A DNA stretch of 64,000 bases, taken from positions 79,982,001 to 80,046,000 of the forward strand of contig NW_024704743.1 of assembly GCF_018977255.1 (NCBI RefSeq), in the 5' to 3' direction. Shown here one piece after another: positions 24,869 to 37,756 of the stretch (the stretch's first letter is position 1; every line of letters starts with the position of its first letter). The stretch comes from Callorhinchus milii (lineage: Eukaryota). Made by a program: the position numbers and the translations under genes. Under the pieces are notes generated by a model. It was not told the DNA's origin and did no database searches. It was given only the letters and a program-made list of their open reading frames with translations.

Positions 24869-25171
24869 AAGGCCATCAGACCATAAGACATAGGAGCAGG
24901 AGTAGGCCATTCGGCCCTTCGAGACTGCCCCGAAAATAATTCTGGTTGAAGTGGCCACAATGATCATGTGGAAAATGATCCTTTCTAGAATCTATAGAAG
25001 GGTGCAAATGTCCATGGAACTGTTTCCCATCCACAGTGAGTGCTTTCTGGAGTGAACAAGAGAAAATAGAGAGGCAGAATCATTCTTAGCACTGGAGGTG
25101 GCTTCATTATTAATAACACATGCCTATTGCTTCTATGTGTTAGAATTGTGTATCAAAGTGCAGAATAAGTT

Positions 25172-25372
25172 AACAACAACAGCTTGTATTTATACAGTGC
25201 CTTTCATGCAGGCAGTATCTCGGATTGTTTAACAATGATGTGATTTGCCACCGAGATGGAAAGAGAGTGGGGGGTGACCAAAGGCATGGTTGAAGAGGAA
25301 AGTCTTCAGGTGTGCCTTGAAAATTGGAAAAGAGCGGACAAGACAGAGGGAGAGTGGCAGCAGGTTCCAGGG
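25172..25372 (-). mobile_element. Old L2 3' end
   Basis: aacaacaacagcttgtatttatacagtgcc tail; gaccaaaggcatggttgaagaggaaag is the reverse of KT.LFD-like DNA. Confidence 0.7.
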
Positions 25373-26646
25373 ATATCTCAGCCCATCAAACTCTGTTCCT
25401 CAACTAATTTAGGACGTTCAGTTGCCTCAAATTCCTGTGGAATGTGAATAACCTCAAGAAAAAATGATAAAGCGCTTATAAAATCATTCTTCAGTTCTTG
25501 AGTAACAATAAATCTGAAATATCAGGATCTGGATCTATTTGAATTCAGCCAATGCTATTTTATTCAAACCATTTACATTCCATAGGTGACTCACCCTGGT
25601 ATCAGCAGCACAAGAACTATCTTGTTCCATTTAGCTGGGAACCTATTTCACACTGCCAACGCCTGATAATATTTTAAACAGTTTTGCAGATTGTGATGTG
25701 AAGCAATGAGCTCTGTCACCCATTCAGTTAGAATGTAGGTGTAAATGCTTTGGATGACCAAAGTTCCAATTTTAAAAATTGTGCAACAATATTTTGGACA
25801 GCAGCTATACCTATGTCTTTTTTAGATTATTTTTCTTCGGCTGCTTTTATTTTCTTGCTTTCTTGTCTTCCCTGATAGGTGTTGACTCACATTGGGATAT
25901 GGTTGCTTAGCTGCTAGCTTTCGCTGGTATCCACCCAAGTAGGTTCTCACCATCTGTGAGCCTGTTTCGTGAGCGTTAGTAAGTTTTTGACTATGGGATA
26001 TAATAGCTAAGTCCAATTGTGTCGATTGAGTTCCACATATGTTTACTGGGTAAGAATCAGAATCGGGAAACCTGCCTGATTTTCCCTCCACTGAATCAAA
26101 TTGTAGAGCCTTATCACCGTTCTAACTGAGATTAACTAATTCAGTACAGACTATAATTCGAACCTAGCTCCTTCCGAGTTTCTATGGTGCATAATTCGAC
26201 ACTTAGCAGTTTATATTCCAATTGAGCCATCAGGGTAGCATTTCCCCATTTCTAAGTTTACTTTTACAATGTGAAAATTAGTATTTAATAAGTGGTATGG
26301 GACAAAAGCTGTTTTTCTCAGCTTTCCAGTTAACTCAAAGGGCTGAGAAAACAACTTTGTAAATTGATATTGCAATTACTTCCGCTAATATTAATAATAA
26401 TCCTTGCATTTCATATAGCGCTTTTCACGTCATATAAACCACTTTCCTATTTTTTGATCACCTATTTGCTCTGCTTCATTCCCCTGAACCAGGCTAAGTA
26501 TTGCTTAGTTACCATGTTGGAGTAGCAGCACATTGATTGTGAAAAGAATCCTGAACATGGCAAAGACCTCCACTTTCTCATCACAATTATTTTCTCTATC
26601 CTAGGCTATTTCGCCCACATATAGTCACTCTACTTTACCATATATA

Positions 26647-26958
26647 ATAATAATAATAATAAAAATCCTTGCATTTGGTATAACTCCTTATCACTTCTTC
26701 GAGACGGAAAGCGCTTCACAGAATATACTGTAAAGTGAATTGACTGTATATTTGTGGGTGAAATGCAGCAGCAATTGCGCACAGCAGTGTCCCACAAACA
26801 GTCATGGATTGAGTGACCAAATTATTTTTGTTTCTTTTTGAGGAATTATTATCCCCGGAAAAGCGATCCACTAATCGACTACAACTGGGTTCCTACTTAC
26901 TGCTAGGTAAACAGGGTCATGTGGAGTAAGGAAACTTGCCTAACATTTCGCCCTGCTG
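26647..26958 (-). mobile_element. Family A SINE (long variant), most of head missing
   Basis: Tail, body and ggttcctacttactgctaggtaaacag segment in reverse. Confidence 0.9.
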
Positions 26959-27083
26959 TGAATAGACTAAGCTGAAAAGAGAATTGTATTTCTCTTTGAG
27001 TGGGAATTAGAATAAAATATTTGATTTTCAAAAGGACTAAAATGCTTTTCCTGGACTCACACTGCACATTTTCCTAAAATAAT

Positions 27084-27619
27084 GGAGTCCTGTAGCTCAG
27101 TGGTTGACCACTCGCCTTGCAAGTGAGAGACCTGGGTTTGTTTCCCGGCAGGACAAAACCTTGGGCTAGTTTCCTTAATAATAATAATAATAATCCTTGC
27201 ATTTGATATAGCGCTTTTCACGTCTTCTTGACGTCCCAAAGCGCTTCACAGAATCTACTGTAAAATGAATTGACTGTATACTTGTGGGCAAACACAGTAG
27301 CCAATTGCGCACAGCAATGTCCCACAAAAACAGTCATGGATTGAAAATGATCAATTTATTATTGTTTTGTTTTTTGGAGGGATTATTACTCCACACGCCT
27401 GATAATAATCCCTCAAGAAAAAAACAAACAATAATAAATTGGTCACTTCAATCCACGACTGTTTGTGGGAAACTGCTGTGCGCAATTGTCTGCCATGCTG
27501 CGCCCACAAATATTCAATCAATTCACTTTACAGTATATTCTGTGAAGTGCTTTGAGATGACTAGAAGATGTGAAAAGAGCTATATCAAATGCAACGATTA
27601 TTATTTTTATTATTATTAT
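27084..27619 (+). mobile_element. Family A SINE (short variant), split by an antisense SINE: head 27084-27177, body 27389-27619
   Basis: ttgggctagtttcctta / ctccacacgcctgataataatccc rejoins the consensus. Confidence 0.9.
27178..27388 (-). mobile_element. 5'-truncated family A SINE nested antisense in another SINE
   Basis: (aat)n tail at 27178; tta at both junctions. Confidence 0.9.
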
Positions 27620-27964
27620 AATCAGCGGCAGAGAGAGAAGGCTGTAGAGGTTACTGCATCACTGCTGTACTGTTGTTTCACAAGGTTAAGGTGATGTGAG
27701 CTGAGTTCCCTGCAATGACTTTTTGCATTGCTAAATTGATGTACTACTAGAAATACCATCAGATCTTTCATCACAAACACAAGATCAATCTCCTCTTTCT
27801 CTTGTAGTACAAGCATTTGATCACCTTGCTCTAGGTGAAAGCAATGCCTTTCACATTAAAAAAAATCAAGGTGCTTGTCGATGGGAGTAATGGAACCTAA
27901 CAATAAATGTGAGGGATTTAGAGCTAATAAAAACCACAGTCGATCAACTTGGCTTTTAGAAAGA

Positions 27965-28440
27965 AATAACTTGCATTTTTATAGTGCCTTACCATGTCAA
28001 AAAGCACATTACAAGCAATTATTGTCGAGTGTAGTGATGGTTTTGTAGACACCCATTTGAACATTGAAGAGTCCCACAAACAGCCATGAGGTGAATGAAC
28101 AATTAATCTGGAGGATTGTTGCCAGGACACTGGGAGAAAGTATTTATCTTCTACAACACTGTCAAAGGATTTTTAATATCCATTTGAACAGGCAGATTGG
28201 ACATTGGTATAATGTTTCACTTTATCTGAGGATTGTTGGCCAGGACACTGGCAGAAACTTCCTTTTTATTTCGAATGGAAGTTTGTCTTAACATCTTATT
28301 CTCAGGATGGCACCACCAACAATGGAGCTCTCCTCTCGGACTGCGCGTTGCAGAATCTGCCTTGACTGTCGTTTCAAAGCCATTAAATGGGGCTTGAACA
28401 GGCAACGTTTTGACTCAGAGGCAAGAGTGCTACCAACTGA
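27965..28440 (-). mobile_element. DeuSINE/SacSINE1-like fragments
   Basis: ttggccaggacac, cccacaaacagc and tgactcagaggcaagagtgctacc are reverse matches to 29093-29345. Confidence 0.65.
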
Positions 28441-29092
28441 ACAATCTGACAAATTCATATTTGCCAGATTGTTGCCAGTGTCCTGGCAATAAATGGAATT
28501 AGGATTACAACTAACTACTTTGGACTAAATCTGTCTTCAACAACTTGAAATTCGCATAAAAGCTGCATTGCAAAAGACAAGACTAGACTTGCACGTTCAA
28601 GCAGAGAAAGTATTTGCTCTACAAATAGGATGAGAAGCCCTTGTTCTTTATGTTTACTTTCATTTGGGATAGTTGTGATGATCCTCAAGCATTTCTTCTT
28701 TTTTAAGTTTTTCTTTCCACTCATTTTCTACTGAAGTCAATGCCTTGTGCTGGGTAATCCTGGGTGTGGAGATCCTGGACAGTGAATATCCACATATTCA
28801 TATTTAGTGGTGGGAGCATCACAGCTAGGCCTGATTCTGTTCTTGTCAACTCAATGGGCATTTTCCAGCTAGTGTCAGATCATTGTGACCAGTAGCAGCA
28901 AATATGGGGAAGTGAGCCTGCTGTTTCCAGTGAATGGGGGTCACAGTGCAACTGTGTTATAAACAAATTGATTCAGCAGTAAAACATGTTCAGTAGCAGG
29001 TCTGCACTTTGTGTTCTAATGGGAAAAATGTTAATAGGAGTAAAAGAGCAGAAAGATCCAGGGGATACATACATAGATATATCTTTTGTCAA

Positions 29093-29400
29093 CCTGGCTT
29101 AGTGGTAGCACTCTCGCCTCTGAGTCAGAAGGCTGTAGGTTCAAGTGCCACATCAAGACATGGAATCACATAGTCTTAGATGACACTCCGATGCTAGTGC
29201 TGGTGGCGTGTTACATTGTCGGAGGTGCTGCTCTTCAGATGAGATGTTGAACTAATGTCCTGTCATCCTGTCCAGATAGTTGATCTCATGGCACTATTCA
29301 AAAAGAGAAGGGAGTTTATCTGAGTGTCCTGGCCAATATTTCCCCAACTCAACTGGTCATTCATTCAGTGGCTGTGAGACATTGCTCAGTGCTTGTGTAA
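29093..29400 (+). mobile_element. DeuSINE/SacSINE1-like SINE
   Basis: ggcttagtggtagcactctcgcctctgagtcagaaggctgtaggttcaag tRNA-like head plus Deu-like core ending gtgtcctggccaatatt. Confidence 0.75.
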
Positions 29401-30669
29401 TACTGTACAAGCCCAGCATGAGTCAGATTTGTGGAATCCAAACCCAGCAAAAGTGACCCCATCCCTTGTTTCCTATTCCTTCTCTGCTGAAGGCGCTGCC
29501 TCATGTTAAATTGTAAAGTCCACAGATTCTGGCTGATCTTCAATATCTCATTCAATTGGTTCTCATGTATTATCCTTGACTGTGAATACCGGCAAGCTAT
29601 TCAAATGTGGGGCCATCACAGGTGAGAATGGTCCTGCTCCCCTCTAATGTCCACATGCATTCAACTCCAGCAGGGGCCATTGGGTAGTGCTTGGGAACAG
29701 GAACTCTGACTCATTTATAACCTTTGAGACAACCCATGGTGTTAAGGATAGTTATTGCGCCCCCACTAACCTCCCTGTCTGTAAGGTTCAATTCCAGCGT
29801 CAGTGCTTTTGCAAACCAAAATCACAGAGAGAATATTCATTTAGTGTTTTCATGTGCTGTCCGACATGCAATGGCTCAAGTACAATCCTCTAAATAAAGC
29901 TGATTATTCACTTCATACCTCATTGCTGTTTGTGAGACATGGTGGTGTGCAAATTGGCTACTGTGTTCAACTACAAAATAAACAGTCACCACACTTCATA
30001 GTAAATCCTATGAAGTGCTTTGAGACGTTCTCTCCCATGGTTCTCCTGAGTGAAAGCAGCTATATCAAATGACAGGATTCTTCTTATTATATTTCAGTGG
30101 TGTTGTGTTGGCCTGTACCGCAGTATTGGATGGCCTCAACACCAAAGCATTATAAATTCCATTCTAATTATTTCACCAAGTTTTATCAATTATTTAGATG
30201 AGACTTAGTGTTTTCTATCTCAGTTTCACACACAACTTGAACCCCACGAATCACGAATAAATAATAACTCACACATAGACCAGAGGAGGTATGTTTATGA
30301 ATGGCAGAAACAGAACATAATGCAGAGCAAGTGAAAAAAGACAAATGGTAAAAACAAGTTTTTAAAGTGAGCTACTCAATCAGTTGGAGTTAGATTATCT
30401 AATGCTGGTTTTACTTTATTTGTTTGTCATCTAAGGCAAACTTAGTCTCTGGAAATAACTCAGAATGTAAAATGGATGGCATACCTGGCTTCAGATTTCA
30501 GAAATTCCTATTTGAATTTAGCACTTGCCTTGCCTTTATATAGAGAAGATCCAATTCAGTAATGAAACATGCCAGTGACTGGACCTAATATGTCATTAGA
30601 AACATATTTTTGTGATCACTGCTACCCAAGCAATAGTAGACTAACCAAGAAAAAGGGCCTTGAGCAGAC

Positions 30670-30870
30670 TTCACTCTGGAGTCCCTCCCTTCCTCACCTG
30701 CTTCAAGATCTGTTTCAAGATCTTCCTCTTTGATGTGCCTTTGGTCGTCTTTTCCCTCCCCATGCCCCTTGATTCACACCCCAGTTCAGGTACCAAGCCT
30801 GAACTATTAAGTACCTTGGGGTATCCTCCCAACATGAAAGGTGCTATATAAGTGTAAATTTGTATTGTAC
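30670..30870 (+). mobile_element. Old L2 3' end
   Basis: cttcaagatctgtttcaagatcttcctctttga and tgaaaggtgctatataagtgtaaa tail. Confidence 0.7.
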
Positions 30871-32052
30871 TGTAGTGTTATTTGGGCAGTGGAGATCACA
30901 ACATAAATTTATAAGCATCTTTCTGCATCTGCGAACATCACAATAGTTATGCAGTGACAGCAGGAAGTTTGCGCATCCGTGAAGTTGCTTCAAGCTCCTC
31001 TGGAAATCAAGATGTGCTGTAAGAGGTGTTGGAGGCTGAGAGGGTGGCAAAGCCTCCAGTTTGGCAATGCAATGTCCAATCTCCAGAAGCACAATCTAAA
31101 AGCACCATGTGATCTGCCAGATTTTGAAATTGCAGAGTGTTGGAAGCAGAAATATTACTGCTTAAAATATTATTTTAGTTCAATTGAAAATGCTATGTAA
31201 AATGTCAGTGTGGGTGGCTTGAAGAGTTAAATTAGTTCAGTAATGAAAAGCTTGTTTATTGCAGCTGTAGCTTTCTTGTTGGTTGTTGTTGTAACGGTCC
31301 TACATGGTTTTAGTTGGAATCAGCTTGTGGGTACCAGGCTCAAGGACAGTCCCAGCTTGTTTAAACCAGCCTGAAAACAACCATCAGGTGGGTGAAGACG
31401 TGCAGTTTTGCACGAACCATCCTCATATTTCAAAAACTGGACAAATAAAAAAGATGTGTCACTAAGTTACATTTTGTTCAGTCGTAGTGTTCTAACTGTG
31501 AACCAAACCATTGAAACCAGTAATATTAGAAGAAAGTAAAAGAGAAAAAAAACCAAGAGACAAGATACAAGAAATATAACTGCTAAATTTCTTAATTTGA
31601 TGCCCATGATTATCAACGTGCCAGTTCCGGAGACAATGCTCGTTACTTCAAGATTTTTTGTCTGAAGCAAGAGATCTTAAGACTTTTAGTCTGAAACCAA
31701 AGATCTTGAGATTTCTTATCTATTGCTTATGAAGTTTATGAATTTGTGTCTTTGAGATTGGCATTACAGTAACATTGCCATATACGTGAGTCTAACAGAC
31801 AATATTGTGCTAGTAACTTGCCTATTGTACTTATGTTTATTGAACTAATGCAATTGTTCTATCTTATTAAGTAAGCAAGCTTTGAATATTAAGTATAAGT
31901 GACTTTGGTTCCTCTCTTCATGGGTCCTAATATATAAATTCCGGGCAAACAGAATAATCTGGTTTCAACAGAGTGGTTAACTCCACTATTAACAGTACTT
32001 TTGAACCCTACAAGAGAAAAAATCACTTTTTGGGGATATTAATGGGATTTAA

Positions 32053-32366
32053 TAAAAATAATAACCTTGTATTTGATATAGCACTTTTCACGTCTTCTAG
32101 ACTTCCAAAAGCGCTTCACAGAATATAGTGTAAAGTGAATTGACTGTATATGTGTGGGCGAAAATGTGGCAGCTAATTGCACACAGCAGTGTCCCACAAA
32201 CAGTCGTGGATTGAAGTGACCAATTTATTATTGTTTTTTTTCTTGAGGGATTATTATCAGGCGTGTGGAGTAAGTAAACTTGCCCAAGATTTCACCTGCT
32301 GGGAATCAAACCCAGGTCTCTCTTGCTTGCGAAGCGAGGGCTCTAACCACTGAGCTACAGGACTCC
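32053..32366 (-). mobile_element. Full-length family A SINE (short variant)
   Basis: Complete head ending gctctaaccactgagctacaggactcc on plus; tail at 32053. Confidence 0.93.
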
Positions 32367-33234
32367 ACTGGTATCATACACAGATCCTGGAGTCTGAGCT
32401 CAAGGGTCATGAATGTTAAATTTAAAAAAGTAAGAAGAAAGAACTGAGCCACTCAAGCAAACTCAGATATGATGGAGCTAAGCGCTTATGATCTGCACCA
32501 TTTGTTCAATGTGACAAATTTGATCACATGGACCGAACACTATTCTGTTCCATCCTGTAAAGTTAGAAAATTTGTCACAATTGCTGGTGAACAACCAAAA
32601 TTAAATATCAATTTGTAAACAACATTAGATTCCAGATGTAAAAGTAAATTGTGCATTATGGGCATGTTATCAGCATATAGCAAGATATTTACTTAATTTA
32701 GTGAATGGAGCAGACTAGTGCTAAGGCTACATCAATGAATTTGCTGCATCAAGTGACTGGAGCAGAATAGCCAGCCCCCCTTGCATTTTGGTGTGATACA
32801 ATTTGGTGAAAGTGTCGTCTGTTTCTGACAGTGCTAAATCACACTGGTGTGTTTTTGTTTTGAAAAGAGCTGTACAAATGAACTGTTCCCCCATTCAAAT
32901 CTCCCTGACGTAACAGGACAATGTGGGAATCAGAGCTTTTATAAAGCAAATTGACTTCCACAGACCAACATAAAAAAGTGTGCATAATAAATGCTTTCAT
33001 TGCAAATTCTCCTGTGTGTGTGTTCCAGCTGAAAGCAATAATAAACGTTTGGAGATTTAAATTTAATGGGGGACTCAGAGTAGGGGGCTAGAGAAAGGCT
33101 GTCTCCAACAGCAAATCCCACTTTTTTTCAGAAAGTAAACCTATCCACAGTAATGTTTTACTGCTGTAACAATATTTCCTCTTTACCGTTGCAGCAATAA
33201 AACATTAGTGGAAAGTTTAACATCAGTGGGAACT

Positions 33235-33585
33235 GAGTGCATAGTCTGGGCTGACACTTCGCATTCCAGTACAATCTGGGGCAAGGACTGCATAGTCGGA
33301 GATGTCGTACTTTGGATGAGATGTCAAATTGGGGTCCTATGTCTGCCTGTTCTTCAGGTGGGTGTAAAGATCCCATGACATGACACTGATAGCAAAGAGA
33401 TGGGAGTTTCTACTAGTGTCCTGGCCAGCAATCCTCCAACAAATAAAATCCACTTTATAGCTTTTTGTGCGACCTTGATGGAGCAAATGGCAGACCCGTT
33501 TGCTTATATAAAAAACAACAATTAATTGTGAAGCACCTTGAGACATTTGAATGTGAAAAGGGGCTATAAAAACAGCAAGTTGTTT
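33235..33585 (+). mobile_element. DeuSINE/SacSINE1-like body and tail
   Basis: ggctgacact..ggatgagatgtcaaattggggtcc..taaagatcccatg..gtgtcctggcc..gtgaagcaccttgagac, same orientation as the 29093 copy. Confidence 0.7.
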
Positions 33586-34285
33586 CGTTAAGCGTTAGAT
33601 ACTTTTGTGCAGAGTGGACTAGGGAGCGCTTTATTTTTTAGAACTCACGGATTTATTTGGTTTTTTTTTCTTGCAGACCTTCTATACTTTATTTGTTCGA
33701 GAACAATATTTCTTTGTAACAGCATAAAGCACACACTGATTACATCCCAGGAAACGGCTTCTTTAACCCCATTGAGAACTGCGGTATTCATTTTCATCAC
33801 GTTAAGAAATAAGGCCAGTTCAGCGTTTTCCGTTTTCATTAGAAGGTACAATAAAGACTCAATGTATCCCCCATGTCGGATACGTGCCTTGAATAAGCAG
33901 TAAAGTGATAGAGTGCTGTACAAAGCCTCATGTTCCGCAAAGGCCAAAAGGTAACATCAGAAGTGGTTTACTGTGATGGTTGTCAGTAATTAGAAAAAAT
34001 AACCCTCTCTTCTCCCCCCATCCCTCCCCCCTTCAATGCCATTCTGAATGGTATTTCACTGACAAACAGTCAAAAACCTTTCCTGGCTTTTTATTACACA
34101 AAATGTCAAAAAGCTAGCTCTATGGACTTTAACATTGAGAATTAAATGAGGAGCTGCCCATTCGGTCATTAAATATTGAACAAAGCACTAAATTGGCACC
34201 AATATTCTTTTTTTGCCATTGCCAATAAAAATTTCATACAACAGATATTTCATACATTCAGTGCTCCATTTTGTTGATGCTGAAT

Positions 34286-34355
34286 AACATAACATAACAT
34301 AACATAACATAACATAACATAACATAACATAACATAACATAACATAACATAACAT
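34286..34355. repeat. (AACAT)14 microsatellite forming the CR1 3' tail
   Basis: 70-nt perfect pentanucleotide run abutting the CR1 3'UTR. Confidence 0.97.
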
Positions 34356-35505
34356 GTAGGAGCAGGAGTAGGCCATTTGGCCTTTCGAGCCTGCCCCGCC
34401 ATTCAATCATGGCTGATCTTCTAAACTAACTCCAGCTAATAACCTGGCCCTGCCTTATCCCCATATCCCTTGATCCCTTTTGCAATAAGAAATCTATCTA
34501 TCTCAGTCTTGAATATGAGCGTCAACAGCCCTTTGGAGTAGTGAGTTCCATACATTCACCACCCTTTGAGTGAAGAAGTTCCTCAACTCAGTGTGAAAGG
34601 GCTGGCCTCTGATTTTAAGGTAGTGACCCCTGGTTTTAGTTTCTCCAACCAGGGGAAACAATCTCCCACTATCTACTCTATCATGCCCTTTGATGATCTT
34701 ATAGGTTTCTATAAGATCCCCTCTAATTCTTCTTTATTCCAGAGAATATAGGCCCAAATTGGTCAGCCTATCCTTGTAACTCATCCCCTTCATCCCTGGT
34801 ACTATCCTAGTAAATCTACGCTGCACCCCCTCCAAGGCAAGTACATCCTTCCTTAAATAAGGAGACCAAAACTGGACACAGTATTCCAGGTGTGGTCTCA
34901 CCAGGGCCCTATACAGTTGCAGTAAGACTTCCCTACTCTTATACTCTAATCCTTTCATAATGAATGCTCACATACCGTTTGCCTTCCTAATTGCTTTCTG
35001 CACCTGCAGACTAACTTTCTGTGATTGGTGTACAAGGACACCCAAGTCCCTCTGGACGCTAACACATTCCAATCTCTCCCCTTCTAAAAAATAACCCGCT
35101 CTACTGTTTTTGCTACCTAGGTGGATGACTTCGCACTTCCCTACATTATACTTCATCTGCCACCTACCTGCCCAATCACCTAACCTATCTATGTCTCGCT
35201 GCATTTTTTTAATGTCGTCCTCTGTGTTGACACTTCCTCCTAGTTTTGAGTCATCCGCAAATTTAGATATATTAACTTCGATGTCCTCATCTAGATCGTT
35301 GATCTAGATGGTAAATAGCTGAGGCCTAAGGACTGATCCTTGTGGCACTCCACTAGTCACATCCTGTCAATCTGAAAAGGATCCGTTTATCCCTACTCTT
35401 TTGTTTCCTACCCGTTAACCATTCCCCAATCCAAGTTAATATGCTCCCCCCAATTCCATGGGCCCTTATCTTTTGGACTAACCTTTTATGCGGCACCTTA
35501 TCAAA
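34286..35505 (-). mobile_element. Young 5'-truncated CR1 LINE (RT domain to 3'UTR)
   Basis: FDKVPHKRL, SGVPQGSVLG, KFADDSKLG, QRDLGVLV, RPHLEYCVQFWSP; possible TSD aataac at 34283-34288 and 35504-35509. Confidence 0.95.
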
Positions 35506-35519
35506 TAACCAGAAATATC

Positions 35520-35670
35520 ACAGGGTAGATAATTATTTGGGGACGACAAGTTTGCAGGACTATGGGGAGAGAGCGGTGGAATGGGATTGATTTGGATAGC
35601 TCTTTTCAAAGAGCTGGCACAGACACGATGGACCAAATGGCCTCCTTCTGTGCTGTGTAATTCTATGAAT
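35520..35670 (+). mobile_element. CR1 3'UTR of a second family
   Basis: gagctggcacagacacgatggaccaaatggcctccttctgtgctg..ttctatg; reverse copy at 40660-40785. Confidence 0.8.
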
Positions 35671-37756
35671 GTACAATAACTTCATTTATGTTGTCACAGC
35701 TGGACAGATGTAGGAAGAAGGTATGCATGGTTCAGTATCACCATTAATGAGAATATGCTAACATGTTCTATGTTACCCACAGACAAATTGTGGAACTAAC
35801 AATGCAGGCCAGTTGGCTGATCTAAAAACTGGGAGATATTGACTATTTTCAGCTCCAGTGAGTTCTCATTTTATGTTGTGATAGGACTGAGTCTATATTT
35901 GTACCTCTGTGCTCATTCACATCTTGAAGCTAGCTATGCAGGGTTGCACTATCAATCTTGTGTGAGATTGGAGGGCACTGTCCAGCAGGACTGATACTGC
36001 AAAGTTCACACTGGATCATTTTCTTGGGCTTCCCAGTGTCTCAACGGAAATTTCCATTCATATAGTGAAACTGAGTCCCACAGCCAAGGTAGGTCCCAAA
36101 CTTTGAGTCATGGTCTGGGTACAGTTGCCTGATCTGTGCTTGTAAGGCAATAAGGACATGACAGTAGGTTAGGGAGAGGTAAAATAAATCAGGAAGTCTG
36201 CTCCAGATTGCTGTATAGTGACCCCTGCTGGAAGGTATGTGTGTATGGACATTGTGAAGATGCAATGGAGTAAGGCTGTAATGTCCCCTCCCCCTTTCTA
36301 GATTGAATGACCTTGCTGACATTCACTCTCTGGATTTAGATATGAAAAAAAGCCCCATAGAGGAGGTACTAGAGATTACTGATGCTCTGGGAAGTATTCT
36401 GCAGTGTGAGTCGGTGCCTTTAGTAGAGAAGAAGTGAACATTGGAAGAAAAAGGGAAGTAGTAAAAGATTTATACTGAAAAAAACTTCAAATTGTAAATA
36501 CGGCCAACTTATAATATCATTCAAACACTTCTTTCAATTTTTTTCTTTGGTCTCCAAAGGGTTAACATTATATTCCAAAATATTTTTTAAAAAATCAGAC
36601 ATTAAAATACTGAAAACGATTGCTTTAAATTTCGCTATTATGTTATCATCTTAAGCTGTACCTTGTTTAATGTGAGGTTAAACAGTAACAAATTCGGGGA
36701 ATGGAGGTGACATGAATTGGAAGCGACTTTCTGGGAGCTGTGTGCTTGTTGACATTACCTCGAATGGCCCTGGGCAGTTTTCATTCTGGCACGTGTTGCG
36801 GGTGACAGAAGGTCCTTGTTTAGTAATGAAATGGACGTTCAGGAGTTTCGCTGCTACACGGACAGATTTTCAAGCCATAATTGGATCCTGTACAAATGCC
36901 AGATGAAGTCAAAGGGCCACTGCAGGGAAACCTCGCGCTGCATGTGCCTCTGAAAATAAATATAGCACCAGCAGAAATTAATAGTACTCATTCTACATCA
37001 CAGTAAGTGGGATCAGATGGCAACTTATCCTTAGACCTTAATACAATAATAGTACTATCAGATAAAAGGGTAAGGCAGGCATTATTGATGGGGCTTTGGA
37101 TTGGCTTTTTTTTTGAAAAGCAAAAATGAATTTGCCAGCACTGCTTGTATATATAGCAAGCAATATCACTATGTCCAATATGTTGGTTGGCTTTTGTCAC
37201 TGAATAAATATTGGCTTTTGTGCATGTCTGAAGGAAATGTTCAGCACAATAGCAAGTGGTGAAAGTAGCACTCTACAATACATCACATTGACGTTCCAAC
37301 TCTGGTCTCTCTTCCTCCTCTCCACCCCCTGTGCCCCCCAATTCATTCCTATTTTTCCTTCTCCTCTCTGTGGTGTTCCTTCTGTGGTGAGACTTTGGTG
37401 AAATCTGCTGCCACAGTAACTAGAAATGCAGCAATGTGACCATTTTCATGAAGTCAGCAAACTATTCCACCATAGAGCGCATTACAGCCAAGCCCAATTG
37501 TGTCCTCTGCAGACTCCTGCAAATGTGCATATTAATGCAAGGTCATAATCTGGGGCAAGAATCCTGGCTATGTTTCTTCCACTTTCTAGCCCAATAGTTA
37601 GGGAATGTAGTACCCCTAACTATTGGCTCTGACTGAGATCAGCAAACATGGCATCAACACGGGATTGATCCTGAGTGCTCCTCATCTATGTGGCTCGTTT
37701 CCAAGTGACTTCTTGTCTATGAAGCTAATGCTTAAACAGGGGTCTTAACTCTCATT

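Noticed and set aside
31650..31720. 30-bp repeated unit as a possible CRISPR-like array
   Set aside because: Only about 2.4 contiguous copies, no spacers, eukaryotic context.
34188..34406. ORF with repeating MLCYV peptide
   Set aside because: Translation of the (AACAT)n CR1 tail.
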